Positions 8,563-16,892 of a stretch of 23,480 bases of DNA are shown here, piece after piece; position 1 is the stretch's first letter, and every line of letters begins with the position of its first letter. Position numbers and translations under genes: made by a program. The DNA is from an uncultured delta proteobacterium (lineage in GTDB: Bacteria; Myxococcota; Myxococcia; Myxococcales; Anaeromyxobacteraceae). The notes under the pieces are model-generated. The model ran no database searches and was not told the origin of the DNA. It worked only from the letters and a program-made list of their open reading frames with translations. The stretch is taken from the NCBI GenBank assembly GCA_963828255.1, contig CAWHDZ010000004.1:1-23480 (forward strand), read 5' to 3'.

Positions 8563-8989
8563 GCCCCCGGAAGAGCCGTCCGGCCGCCGCCGCCAGGGCG
8601 TCCGGGTCGAGGATGGCCACCGGGGAGCCGCGCACCACCGAGAGCCCCTTCACCGGAAGTCCGTCGCCGGGGGTGGCGGGCGGCTCGATCGGCTCGACCC
8701 CCATCACCGCGTCCACGAGGAACCCCAGCGCGCGCCGCTCCCGCTCGAGCACCAGCACCTGACCCCCACCCTGCGCGAGCCTCCCGCCCGGCAGGCCGAG
8801 CAGGGGCGCCATCTCCACCACCGCCACCACCCTCCCCCGCAGCCCCATGGCGCCGAGGACCGGCGGCGCGGTGCCGGGCACGTGGGCGAAGGGCGGGTCG
8901 GGAGGGACCACCACGGCGACCGAGGCGAGCGGCAGGGCGAACCGCTCGCCCCCGGCGCGGAAGAGCACGTGGCGGGGATCCCTCTCCAC
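8540..8989 (-). CDS. cheW: CheW coupling protein (DifC-like), 149 aa
   Basis: HVLFRAGGERFALPL, VPGTAPPVLGAMGLRGRVVAVV, LGFLVDAVMGV, VAILDPDAL. GTG start 4 nt after the MCP stop. Confidence 0.9.
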   Translation of the reverse strand: MERDPRHVLFRAGGERFALPLASVAVVVPPDPPFAHVPGTAPPVLGAMGLRGRVVAVVEMAPLLGLPGGRLAQGGGQVLVLERERRALGFLVDAVMGVEPIEPPATPGDGLPVKGLSVVRGSPVAILDPDALAAAAGRLFRGRAGQRAP

Positions 8990-8993
8990 GGGG

Positions 8994-10394
8994 CTACCGG
9001 TCGAGGCGGAAGCGTGACACGACGCTCTGGAGCTCGAGGGAGAGGTTGAGGAGCTCCTGCGCGGCGCTGGCCATCTGCGAGACCGAGGCCGTCTGCTCGA
9101 CGATCACCTTGCGCACCTCCTCGGTGGCGGTGGCGTTGCCGGTGGCCACGTCGGAGATGTCGTCCATGGCGCGCACCATGTCGGCCGAGCCCTGCAGCTG
9201 GTCGCGGGCCGCCTCCGAGATGACCCGCACCTTGTCGGCCCCGGCCGCGGCCGCGCCGGCGATGCCGTCGAGGGAGCGCATGATGGCGTTCAGGTCCTCG
9301 CGCCCCTCGCCCAGCTCGTCCACCGAGGCCCGCATGGCCTGGACGACGCCCGAGGCGCGCGCCGAGACGTCGGCGGCCACCGCCGAGATCTGCTCGGCGG
9401 AGCGTCCCGAGCTCTCGGCCAGCTTGCGCACCTCCTCGGCCACCACAGCGAAGCCGCGCCCGTACTCCCCGGCCCGGGCGGCCTCGATGGTGGCGTTCAG
9501 CGCGAGGAGGTTGGTCTGCTGGGAGATGCTGGTGATGACCTCGACGATCTGGGTGATCTCGCGGGTCCGCTCGCCGAAGGCGAAGACCTGCTCGCTGGCC
9601 GCCTCGATGCGGGCGAAGACCTTCTTCACCTTGGCCGCGGCCAGCCGCGCCGCCTCGCCGGACTGGGTGGCGCCGGAGGAGGTGTCGGCGCTGGCCTTGG
9701 CCGCCTCCTCGGCGCTCCGTGCGGTGCGCTCGATGGACGCGGCGATGTCGCCGATGACCTTGGAGGTCCGCTCCACGAGCCCGGACTGCTCCTCGGCGCC
9801 CTGGGCGATCTTGGCCATGGAGCCGGCCACCTCGTCGGTGGAGGCGTTCACCTCCTCGGCGGAGGTCTGGAGCTCGTTGGCGCTCTCGGCCACCGACTGC
9901 GCCGTGCGCTGGATGCGGGAGACCAGGTCGCGCAGGTTCTCCTGCATGGTGCGGATCGACTCGGTGAGCCCGTCCACCTCGTCGTGGAAGCCGCGCCGCT
10001 CCTCGGAGACGACCACCTTGGAGAGGTCGCCGCCGCTGATCTCGACGGCCGAGAACTTGAGCCGGGCCAGCCGGTTCACCCGGAGGACGGCGATGGAGAG
10101 CGCGTAGCCGGCCACCAGCGTGAGCGCGAGCAGCAACGCGTCGGCGACGACGGTCCGGCCGGGCAGGAGCCGCTCCTGCACGACGGGGATGGCCATGAGG
10201 AGGAAGGCGCCCAGGATGAGGTAGGAGAGGAGGAGCTTCGTCTGCAGCGACACGCTGCGCCCCGGTGGCGGCGCGGGCGCCCGCAGGTCGCGGTCGGGTG
10301 AGCGGCCGCGGAGGGCCACCATGTGGGGCGGCGTGTCCTGGCCGTTCGCCGTGGGGCGGCTCGACGGACGGTCCTGGCGCAGGCTCCTCGACAC
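8994..10394 (-). CDS. difA: Methyl-accepting chemotaxis protein with two TM helices and a minimal periplasmic loop (DifA-like), about 466 aa
   Basis: Signalling hairpin [42 protein letters not shown] (GGDLS...DEVDGL); two hydrophobic helices about 10 aa apart. GTG 10394 has AAGGAG 5 nt upstream. Confidence 0.9.
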   Translation of the reverse strand: MSRSLRQDRPSSRPTANGQDTPPHMVALRGRSPDRDLRAPAPPPGRSVSLQTKLLLSYLILGAFLLMAIPVVQERLLPGRTVVADALLLALTLVAGYALSIAVLRVNRLARLKFSAVEISGGDLSKVVVSEERRGFHDEVDGLTESIRTMQENLRDLVSRIQRTAQSVAESANELQTSAEEVNASTDEVAGSMAKIAQGAEEQSGLVERTSKVIGDIAASIERTARSAEEAAKASADTSSGATQSGEAARLAAAKVKKVFARIEAASEQVFAFGERTREITQIVEVITSISQQTNLLALNATIEAARAGEYGRGFAVVAEEVRKLAESSGRSAEQISAVAADVSARASGVVQAMRASVDELGEGREDLNAIMRSLDGIAGAAAAGADKVRVISEAARDQLQGSADMVRAMDDISDVATGNATATEEVRKVIVEQTASVSQMASAAQELLNLSLELQSVVSRFRLDR

Positions 10395-10428
10395 GGGTTC
10401 TCCTTGGGGTGCGGCGGGAACGGCTGGG

Positions 10429-10457
10429 ATCCTACGCCCTGCCGCCCCCGGGTCCAA
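10429..10457 (-). promoter_or_regulatory. Sigma70-type promoter candidate TTGGAC-N17-TAGGAT for the chemosensory operon
   Basis: Plus strand has GTCCAA at 10452-10457 and ATCCTA at 10429-10434 with a 17-nt spacer. The -10 box shares the thiL TAG stop. Confidence 0.6.
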
Positions 10458-11415
10458 GAACGCGCACGGCGCGCAGGTGGTCGTGCCCTTCGCGGCGGGG
10501 ACGGAGCGAGCGCCCACCCTTGACCACACGGACCCCCGGGCGGTCCTCCAGGGCTCCCACCACGGTCACCCGGGTGCTCGCCCGGCGCGCCGCTCCCCGG
10601 AGCGCCGGGAGCAGGGATGGTGGAACGGCCAGGAGGAGCTCGTAGTCCTCCCCTCCCGAGAGCGCCCCCTCGAAGGGGTCGGGGCGTCCCCGGGTGGCCG
10701 CCCGGTAGGCGGGGGAGAGCGGGAGCCTGTCCACCTCCAGGCGGGCTCCGACCCCCGAGGCGGTGCAGAGGTGCCCCAGGTCCTGGAGAAGCCCGTCGGA
10801 GACGTCGATGGCGGCGCGGGCGATCCCGGCCGCGCCCCGGCCCAGCGCCAGCCGGGGGCGGGGGCGGCGCTGGCGGCCTCGCGGGCCCGGCGCGGCGCCG
10901 GGGAGCAGTCCGAGCGCCGCGTCGCCGAGCGTCCCGCTCACCACGAGCAGGTCGCCGGGGCGTCCGCCGCTGCGCAGGAGCGCCCTCCCCTTCCCGACCG
11001 CCCCGAGGACGGTCACCGTGAGCGAGAGCTGGCGGGCGGCGGTCACGTTGCCGCCCACCACCGAGAGTGCGTGGCGGCGGGCGCAGGCGGCGATGCCCCG
11101 GCCGATCCGCTCGAGCTTCCCCGGGTCGGCGGCCGGCGGGGTGGAAAGAGCCACCAGCGCCCAGAGCGGGCGGGCTCCCATGGCGGCCAGGTCGGACAGG
11201 TTCACGGCCAGCGCCTTCCAGCCGATCTCCTCCGGGGTGAAACGGTGCGTGAAGTGGACGCCCTCGACCACGGCGTCCACCGTCGCCACGAGATCCTGGC
11301 CCGGCGGCGGCCGCAGCACCGCCGCGTCGTCGCCGATGCCGACCCGGATCCCCTCGCCGCGCCCGAACGGCCGGGTGAAGCGCTCGATGAGCTCGAACTC
11401 GCCGGGGTGCTTCAC
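10432..11415 (-). CDS. thiL: Thiamine-monophosphate kinase, 327 aa
   Basis: [65 protein letters not shown]. Confidence 0.96.
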   Translation of the reverse strand: MKHPGEFELIERFTRPFGRGEGIRVGIGDDAAVLRPPPGQDLVATVDAVVEGVHFTHRFTPEEIGWKALAVNLSDLAAMGARPLWALVALSTPPAADPGKLERIGRGIAACARRHALSVVGGNVTAARQLSLTVTVLGAVGKGRALLRSGGRPGDLLVVSGTLGDAALGLLPGAAPGPRGRQRRPRPRLALGRGAAGIARAAIDVSDGLLQDLGHLCTASGVGARLEVDRLPLSPAYRAATRGRPDPFEGALSGGEDYELLLAVPPSLLPALRGAARRASTRVTVVGALEDRPGVRVVKGGRSLRPRREGHDHLRAVRVLGPGGGRA

Positions 11416-11430
11416 CGGGGGTGGCAGGGC

Positions 11431-12819
11431 CTACCCCGCCGCGGCCGTCGGGGAGGCCCGGACGGCGAGCGCGGCAGGCCCGGACGCCATCACCGGCAGG
11501 GAGATGGTGAAGGTGGTGCCCTCGCCCGGGGCGGAGGCGACCTTCACCGTCCCGGCGTGGGCCTCCAGGTAGCTCTTCACGATGGCGAGGCCGAGGCCGG
11601 CGCCGCCGAACTCGCGGGTGGTGGAGCCGTCCACCTGGAAGAAGACGTCGAAGACCCGCCCCAGGTTCTGGGGCGCGATGCCGATCCCGGTGTCGGTCAC
11701 CGTGACCGCCACCCGGTCGTCGCCGTCGGCCCGTGCCTCCACCGAGACCGAGCCGCCGGAGGGGGTGAACTTCACGGCGTTCGTCACCAGGTTGATGAGG
11801 GCCTGGCGGACCTTCTCCCGGTCGCACTGCACGGCGGGGAGCTTGGAGGGCTGCCAGGAGACCCGCAGCCCCTTCTTCCGGGCGTGGGGCGTCACCGTGG
11901 CCACGGCGTCCCGCATGATGGCGTTCACGTCCACGTCGGAGACCACCAGCTTCACGCGGCCGGCCTCGATCTTGGAGATGTCGAGGATGGAGGTGATGAG
12001 CCCGAGCAGGCTCTCCCCCTTGTCCATGATGATCTGGAGGTACTCGCGCTGCTCGGCGGTGAGCGGGCCCCCCAGCCCTTCCAGCATCATCTCGGAGTAG
12101 CCGATGACGCTGGTGAGCGGTGTGCGCAGCTCGTGGCTCATGGTGGCGAGGAAGTTCGACTTGAGCCGGTCGAGCTCCTTCAGCGCCTGGTAGGCCCCCT
12201 CGAGCTGCCGGTTCTTCTCCTGCACCTCCCGGTAGGACTCCTGCACCGCCTCGATGTGCAGCCGTGCGGTCAGGAGGTTCTTGTGCCCGGTGAAGACCAG
12301 CACGTCGAGGATCTCGGCGAAGTGCTTGAGAACCTTCTCGGCGGTGGCCTGGGGCACCCGCCGGATCTTGTTCATGTAGGAGGCGGCCAGCTTCTCGTCG
12401 AAGTCCGGGGAGATGCGGGCCAGGGCCTCCGGGAGCGCCACCAGGTCGTCGGGCACGAACGGGCCGAAGACGATCCGGCCGATGACGTCCCCCTCGTAGA
12501 GCACGGGCTGGATCGCGTAGCGGCAGCCGGCGAAGCAGTGGACCGTGGTGGGGATGGGCTCCTCGGGCACGGGGTCGGTCTTCACCCGCTGCACGGTGGC
12601 CATGCACTGGGTCCGCCCCTCGGGCGACTGCCACAGGTAGCCGCAGAAGTCGGCGTTGCCGATCTTCACGTCCACCAGCTTGTTCCCGGTGTCGTCGAAG
12701 ACCTTCACGCCGATGCGGTAGAGCTCGGCGAAGGAGTGGCAGACCTCCGTGAACGAACGGATGTCGAGCAGGTCGCCGAGCGGCGTCGCCTGGAGCAGGA
12801 CGGACTGCTGCACGTTCAT
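11431..12819 (-). CDS. Cytoplasmic sensor histidine kinase with an N-terminal PocR-type ligand-binding domain, 462 aa
   Basis: N-terminus LGDLLDIRSF...F...G..VFDDTG...ADFC...GRTQC...HCFAGC...PVLYEGDVIGRIVFGPF (three-Cys PocR pattern). Kinase motifs FLATMSHELRTPL, NLVTNAVKFT, DTGIGI, GAGLGL. ATGA overlap with the GTPase stop. Confidence 0.9.
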   Translation of the reverse strand: MNVQQSVLLQATPLGDLLDIRSFTEVCHSFAELYRIGVKVFDDTGNKLVDVKIGNADFCGYLWQSPEGRTQCMATVQRVKTDPVPEEPIPTTVHCFAGCRYAIQPVLYEGDVIGRIVFGPFVPDDLVALPEALARISPDFDEKLAASYMNKIRRVPQATAEKVLKHFAEILDVLVFTGHKNLLTARLHIEAVQESYREVQEKNRQLEGAYQALKELDRLKSNFLATMSHELRTPLTSVIGYSEMMLEGLGGPLTAEQREYLQIIMDKGESLLGLITSILDISKIEAGRVKLVVSDVDVNAIMRDAVATVTPHARKKGLRVSWQPSKLPAVQCDREKVRQALINLVTNAVKFTPSGGSVSVEARADGDDRVAVTVTDTGIGIAPQNLGRVFDVFFQVDGSTTREFGGAGLGLAIVKSYLEAHAGTVKVASAPGEGTTFTISLPVMASGPAALAVRASPTAAAG

Positions 12820-13472
12820 CTGGATTCCACGCGGCTGAAGACCGAGCCGATGAACTCCTTCTCCGGAAGGGAGAAGCGCTTGGACAGGCCGAGGGCGCGG
12901 TCGAGGTCGCGGTAGCAGAGGGAGAGCAGCGCCCCGAGCGTCTCCAGGACGCCCTCGCCCTGGATGGCCATGGCCGGCACCACCGGCACGTTCGGCGAAC
13001 GCACGAGGTCGGCGAAGGCGTCCTCGCGGATCCCCTCGAGGTCCATCTTGTTCTTCTGGATGACGATGGGCAGCGCGCGCGGGTCGAGCCCGTTGGCCTC
13101 GAGGTTGCGCACCATGTCCTTCCAGTAGGCGAGCGTGGAGGCGGCCTCCGACTTCCGGCTGTCGGCCACGAAGACCACCGCGTCGCTCCCCTGCAGGACG
13201 ATGCGGCGCGTTGACTCGTGCATCACCTGGCCCGGCACGGTGTAGAGCTTGATCTTGACCTTCACCCCGCCCGCGGTCCGGAAGTAGACCGGCATCATGT
13301 CGAAGAAGAGGGTGCGGTCGTCCTTGGTGTCGAGGGTCATGAGACGCCCGCGCACCTTGGGGTCCATCTTCTGGTAGAGGGCCTGCAAATTGGTCGTCTT
13401 CCCGGACAAGGCGGGACCGTAGTAGACGACTTTCACCGCGAGCTCGCGGCTATCCTCGTTGAACTGGGCCAT
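12816..13472 (-). CDS. MglA-family Ras-like small GTPase (SofG-like), 218 aa
   Basis: KVVYYGPALSGKTTNL (G1), DRTLFFD (switch I Arg/Thr), LYTVPGQV (MglA-type G3), VVFVADS, NKMD (G4). ATG 13472 is preceded by two GGAGG. Confidence 0.92.
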   Translation of the reverse strand: MAQFNEDSRELAVKVVYYGPALSGKTTNLQALYQKMDPKVRGRLMTLDTKDDRTLFFDMMPVYFRTAGGVKVKIKLYTVPGQVMHESTRRIVLQGSDAVVFVADSRKSEAASTLAYWKDMVRNLEANGLDPRALPIVIQKNKMDLEGIREDAFADLVRSPNVPVVPAMAIQGEGVLETLGALLSLCYRDLDRALGLSKRFSLPEKEFIGSVFSRVESR

Positions 13473-13480
13473 TCGCCTCC

Positions 13481-13537
13481 GGAACCTCCAGCACCTTCCC
13501 CGCCCAGGCAAGCTAGCGCAATAACGGGGGAGGTTCC
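13481..13537. repeat. Perfect 9-bp inverted repeat GGAACCTCC-N39-GGAGGTTCC upstream of the GTPase
   Basis: Arms at 13481-13489 and 13529-13537, read directly from the sequence. Confidence 0.7.
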
Positions 13538-13563
13538 ACCCGCCACCCCTCATTTCGGGTCAG

Positions 13564-15555
13564 TCAGCGGGCCGCCGCGCCGTCCCACCAGCGCCTCGCC
13601 TCGTCGATCGAGCGCAGGAGCGGGCTCGGCGGCAGGGAGGCCAGGAAGGCCCGTCCGTAGCCCCGGGTGGTGAGGCGCGGATCGAGCACGGCGACGATCC
13701 CGCGGTCGGCGCGGGACCGGACCAGCCGGCCGAACCCCTGCCGGAGCTGGAGCGCCGCCGCAGGAACTTGAAGCGCGGAGAAGGCGTCCCCACCTCCCTC
13801 GGCGAAGGCCTTCACCCGGGCCGCGACCACCGGGTCGCCCGGCGGCGCGAAGGGAAGCCGGTCGATGACGACGAGCGACAGGGCCGCCCCGGGCACGTCC
13901 ACCCCCTCCCAGAAGCTCTGGGTGGCGAAGAGCACGGAGGGGCGCTCCCGGAAGGCCTCGAGCAGCCGGTGCTTGGGGCGCTCCCCCTGGAGGAGCAGCT
14001 GCCAGGGCAGGTCGGAGAGGGCCTCCCGGAAGGCGAGCATGTTGCGGACCGACGTGCAGAGCACGAAGGCGCGCCCGCCGGTGACCTGGGTGAGCTCCCG
14101 GACCGCCTTCGCCGCGGCGGCCACGAAGCCGGGCTGGTTCGGGTCGGGCAGCCCCGCGGGGGCCACCAGCGCGGCCTGGGTGGCGTAATCGAATGGGCCC
14201 GGGAACGATCGCTCGTCCACGTCGAGGTCGGGGCCCAGGCCGACCTGGCGCCGGAAGTAGTCGAAGCGCCCCTGCGTGGCGAGCGTGGCGCTGGTGAAGA
14301 CCACGGTGTCCACGTTCCGGTAGAGCCGGGTGGAGATCTCCTCCGCCACGTCGATGGGGGCGGCCCGCAGGAAGACGCCGCGGCCGCGGGCCTCGGCGAA
14401 GAAGACCCGCGAGGGCTCCTTCATGGCGGTGACCGCCGCCAGCTCGACCCGCAGCTCCGCGGCCCTGCGGGCGATCTGGAGCAGGGCCGGTGCCGGGTCG
14501 TCGGCGAGCTCGGCGCGCAGCTCCTCGAGCGCCTGGTCGAGCCGATCCTGCTCGCCGGCGAGCGGCGCCAGCATGGACGGCAGGAGGGTCCCGCGCAGGT
14601 TCTCCTCCTCGGCGCGTCGGCCGCCCCGGGGGGGCTCGGCCCGGCCGGAGGCCGCCGAGAGCGCCCGGGCCACCGAGCCGAAGAACCGCTCCCCGGCCTT
14701 CGCGAGCTCGCCGGTGGTGCGCTTCAGCATGGAGGCCAGGTCGGGCCGGTCGCCCACGGCGCGCTGCGCGTCGCGGGAGAGCTCCTCGACGCGGTAGGAT
14801 GAGACCTGGAGCCCGAAGTACTCGGTGGCCACGTCCTCGATGGCGTGGGCCTCGTCGAAGATCACCGCCTCGTAGGGCGGCAGCACCTCCACGCCGGCCC
14901 GGGAGGTCCGCATGGCCAGGTCGGCGAAGAAGAGGTGGTGGTTCACCAGCACCACGTCGGAGACGGCGGCGCGGGCCCGGGCCTGCTGGACGAAGCAGTC
15001 CTCGTAGGCCGCGCACTCCTTGCCGACGCAGGTCTCCCCGGTGGCGGAGAGGTCCTTCCAGGCCAGGTAGGCGTCCGGCAGGTCGATCTCGGCGCGGTCG
15101 CCGGTCGCGGTGGTGCGCGACCACTCCCGGATGCGCGGCCAGAGCGCCGCCTCCTCCCGCGTGGGGAAGGTGGGGTGGCGCTCGAACTCCTCTCCACGGG
15201 CCAGGCAGTAATAGTTGGCGCGCCCCTTGAGGTAGGCCGCCGAGATCTCGATCCCGCACTGGTCGCGGAGCAGGGGGATGTCGCGGAACCAGATCTGCTC
15301 CTGCAGCGCGCGGGTGGCGGTGGAGATGACCACCCGCCTCCCCGACTGCACCGCCGGGAGCAGGTAGGCGAGCGTCTTCCCCGTGCCGGTGCCCGCCTCG
15401 GCGACGAGGTAGCGCCGCCGCGAGAGCGCGTCGGCCACCGCCGCGGCCATGCGGAGCTGGTCCGGGCGGGGCTCGTATCCGGGCAGGGCCCGCTCCAGGC
15501 TGCCGCCGGGGGCGAGCACCGTCTCGAGGGCGCTCCGGGCCGAGACCGGCATCAT
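13564..15555 (-). CDS. DinG/YoaA-family ATP-dependent Fe-S DNA helicase, about 663 aa
   Basis: Q motif YEPRPDQ, Walker A EAGTGTGKT, KGRANYYC and CVGKECAAYEDC (four Fe-S cysteines), IFDEAH, TSATL, FWEGVDVPG, QGFGRLVRSRADRG. No exonuclease domain. Confidence 0.94.
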   Translation of the reverse strand: MMPVSARSALETVLAPGGSLERALPGYEPRPDQLRMAAAVADALSRRRYLVAEAGTGTGKTLAYLLPAVQSGRRVVISTATRALQEQIWFRDIPLLRDQCGIEISAAYLKGRANYYCLARGEEFERHPTFPTREEAALWPRIREWSRTTATGDRAEIDLPDAYLAWKDLSATGETCVGKECAAYEDCFVQQARARAAVSDVVLVNHHLFFADLAMRTSRAGVEVLPPYEAVIFDEAHAIEDVATEYFGLQVSSYRVEELSRDAQRAVGDRPDLASMLKRTTGELAKAGERFFGSVARALSAASGRAEPPRGGRRAEEENLRGTLLPSMLAPLAGEQDRLDQALEELRAELADDPAPALLQIARRAAELRVELAAVTAMKEPSRVFFAEARGRGVFLRAAPIDVAEEISTRLYRNVDTVVFTSATLATQGRFDYFRRQVGLGPDLDVDERSFPGPFDYATQAALVAPAGLPDPNQPGFVAAAAKAVRELTQVTGGRAFVLCTSVRNMLAFREALSDLPWQLLLQGERPKHRLLEAFRERPSVLFATQSFWEGVDVPGAALSLVVIDRLPFAPPGDPVVAARVKAFAEGGGDAFSALQVPAAALQLRQGFGRLVRSRADRGIVAVLDPRLTTRGYGRAFLASLPPSPLLRSIDEARRWWDGAAAR

Positions 15556-15938
15556 CGCACCGCGCCGCTGCGGAGGAACGCGAGTGCGGTCCAGGTGACG
15601 GCGCCGAGGAGGAGGACTGCCAGCACCGAAAGGAGGCCGCGCTTCACCCAGGGTGACTCAGGGGCGGGCGGCGCGGTCCGCGGCACGGCGGCCAGTCCCA
15701 GGATGGTGGCCTTCCGCAGCACCTCGTCGCGCCCGGCGGCGGCGAGCGCGTCGTCCGGCCTCTCCTGGAGCGCCGTGCGGTAGCGGGCCCCGGCGCGGGC
15801 CAGCGCCTCGAGGTCGGCGCAGGCGACGAGGAAGGCGCGGTGGGCCGCCGGCTCGTCCCAGCGGGCGCGCAGGCCGGCCCAGGCCGCGTCGTCGTCGGGG
15901 GCGGCCGGGGCGGAGGGGCTGTGCGTCTCGTCGGTCAC
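15552..15938 (-). CDS. Small hypothetical membrane protein with a C-terminal TM helix, about 128 aa
   Basis: GTG 15938 overlaps the protease stop (GTGA) and its own TGA overlaps the helicase ATG (ATGA), so it fills the gap exactly. Helical N-domain, Pro linker, then hydrophobic GLLSVLAVLLLGAVTWTALAFL. Confidence 0.75.
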   Translation of the reverse strand: MTDETHSPSAPAAPDDDAAWAGLRARWDEPAAHRAFLVACADLEALARAGARYRTALQERPDDALAAAGRDEVLRKATILGLAAVPRTAPPAPESPWVKRGLLSVLAVLLLGAVTWTALAFLRSGAVR

Positions 15939-16882
15939 AGGCGGAAGGGCACCGGCACGAAGGTGGCGACGAAGAGCAGGAGGGACAGGACGGCCACGGC
16001 GCGACGCCCCGGTCCGATGGGCGCATCGTACACGGCCGGCGGGTGGCGCAGCCCGACGACGAGCCGGGTGAGGAGCCACCAGACGAACCAGTTGAGGGAG
16101 ACGAAGATCCCGGCCAGGAGGAGTGCCGCCGACACGGCTCGGGAGAGCCACAGGGCGCGCCGCTCCCCCAGCCAGGCGTAGGTCACGTGCCCGCCGTCCA
16201 GCTGGCCGAGCGGGATCAGGTTGAGCGTGGTGACGAAGAGGCCGAGCCAGGCGGCCAGCGCCACCGGGTGGACGATCACGTCGTGGCCGGGCGGGAGCGG
16301 GCCCAGCACGAGCCATTGCACCCCCGCGGTCAGGAGGCTGTCGCCGAAGACCACGGCGTTGCCCGCGCCGGCGAGCGGCTCCCCGGCGAGCCACTGCTGG
16401 GCCATGCCCCAGAGCGAGTCGCTTCCCGAGGCCGCGATCGTCCCCACCGCGTGCACCTTGGAATGGGCCATGCCCCAGGCGTAGAGCGGGACCGCCACCA
16501 GCGCGCCGGCGATGGGGCCGGCCGCGCCGATGTCGAGCACGGCGTCGCGGGTCGGGATGGGGGAGCGCAGCCGGATGAGCGCGCCCAGCGTCCCGAAGTT
16601 GAGCGAGCCTGGGATGAAGATGGGGAGGAAGAAGGGCAAGGTGGAGTCCACGCGCCAGGCCCGGGCGAGGACGTAGTGCCCCATCTCGTGGGCGAGGAGG
16701 ATGGCCAGGATGGCGATCGCGTAGGAGAGCCCCGCCAGCACGAGCCCGGCCGTCCCCCCGCCCGACCAGCCGGCGAAGGCGGCGCCGGAGAGCACCGTGG
16801 TCGCGACCGTGGCGAGGAACAGGAGGAGGTTCCTCCAGGGCAGGCGGCGCCTCGGAGGCGCGATGGCGGCTTCCCCGTCCAC
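15935..16882 (-). CDS. Site-2 intramembrane zinc metalloprotease (peptidase M50), 315 aa
   Basis: ILLAHEMGH (HExxH), LPFFLP..GTLGALIR, IGAAGPIAG, LNLIPLGQLDGGH (NxxPxxxLDG); multiple TM helices; no PDZ or CBS domain. Confidence 0.94.
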   Translation of the reverse strand: MDGEAAIAPPRRRLPWRNLLLFLATVATTVLSGAAFAGWSGGGTAGLVLAGLSYAIAILAILLAHEMGHYVLARAWRVDSTLPFFLPIFIPGSLNFGTLGALIRLRSPIPTRDAVLDIGAAGPIAGALVAVPLYAWGMAHSKVHAVGTIAASGSDSLWGMAQQWLAGEPLAGAGNAVVFGDSLLTAGVQWLVLGPLPPGHDVIVHPVALAAWLGLFVTTLNLIPLGQLDGGHVTYAWLGERRALWLSRAVSAALLLAGIFVSLNWFVWWLLTRLVVGLRHPPAVYDAPIGPGRRAVAVLSLLLFVATFVPVPFRL

Positions 16883-16892
16883 GAGCGCAGCG

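Noticed and set aside
11416..11430. TPP riboswitch upstream of thiL
   Set aside because: The gap is only 15 bp and no TPP aptamer core is evident there.
1908..12915. Very long plus-strand ORFs (1908-4820, 2884-5922, 5724-8171, 6233-9049, 8542-10107, 10321-12915)
   Set aside because: Antisense shadows of well-supported minus-strand genes. High GC and codon bias suppress stop codons, they span several real genes, and they show no recognisable motifs.
15939..16394. Upstream extension of the small membrane protein ORF (280-aa version)
   Set aside because: It lies inside the M50 protease gene in another frame. GTG 15938 with a GTGA overlap is the parsimonious start.
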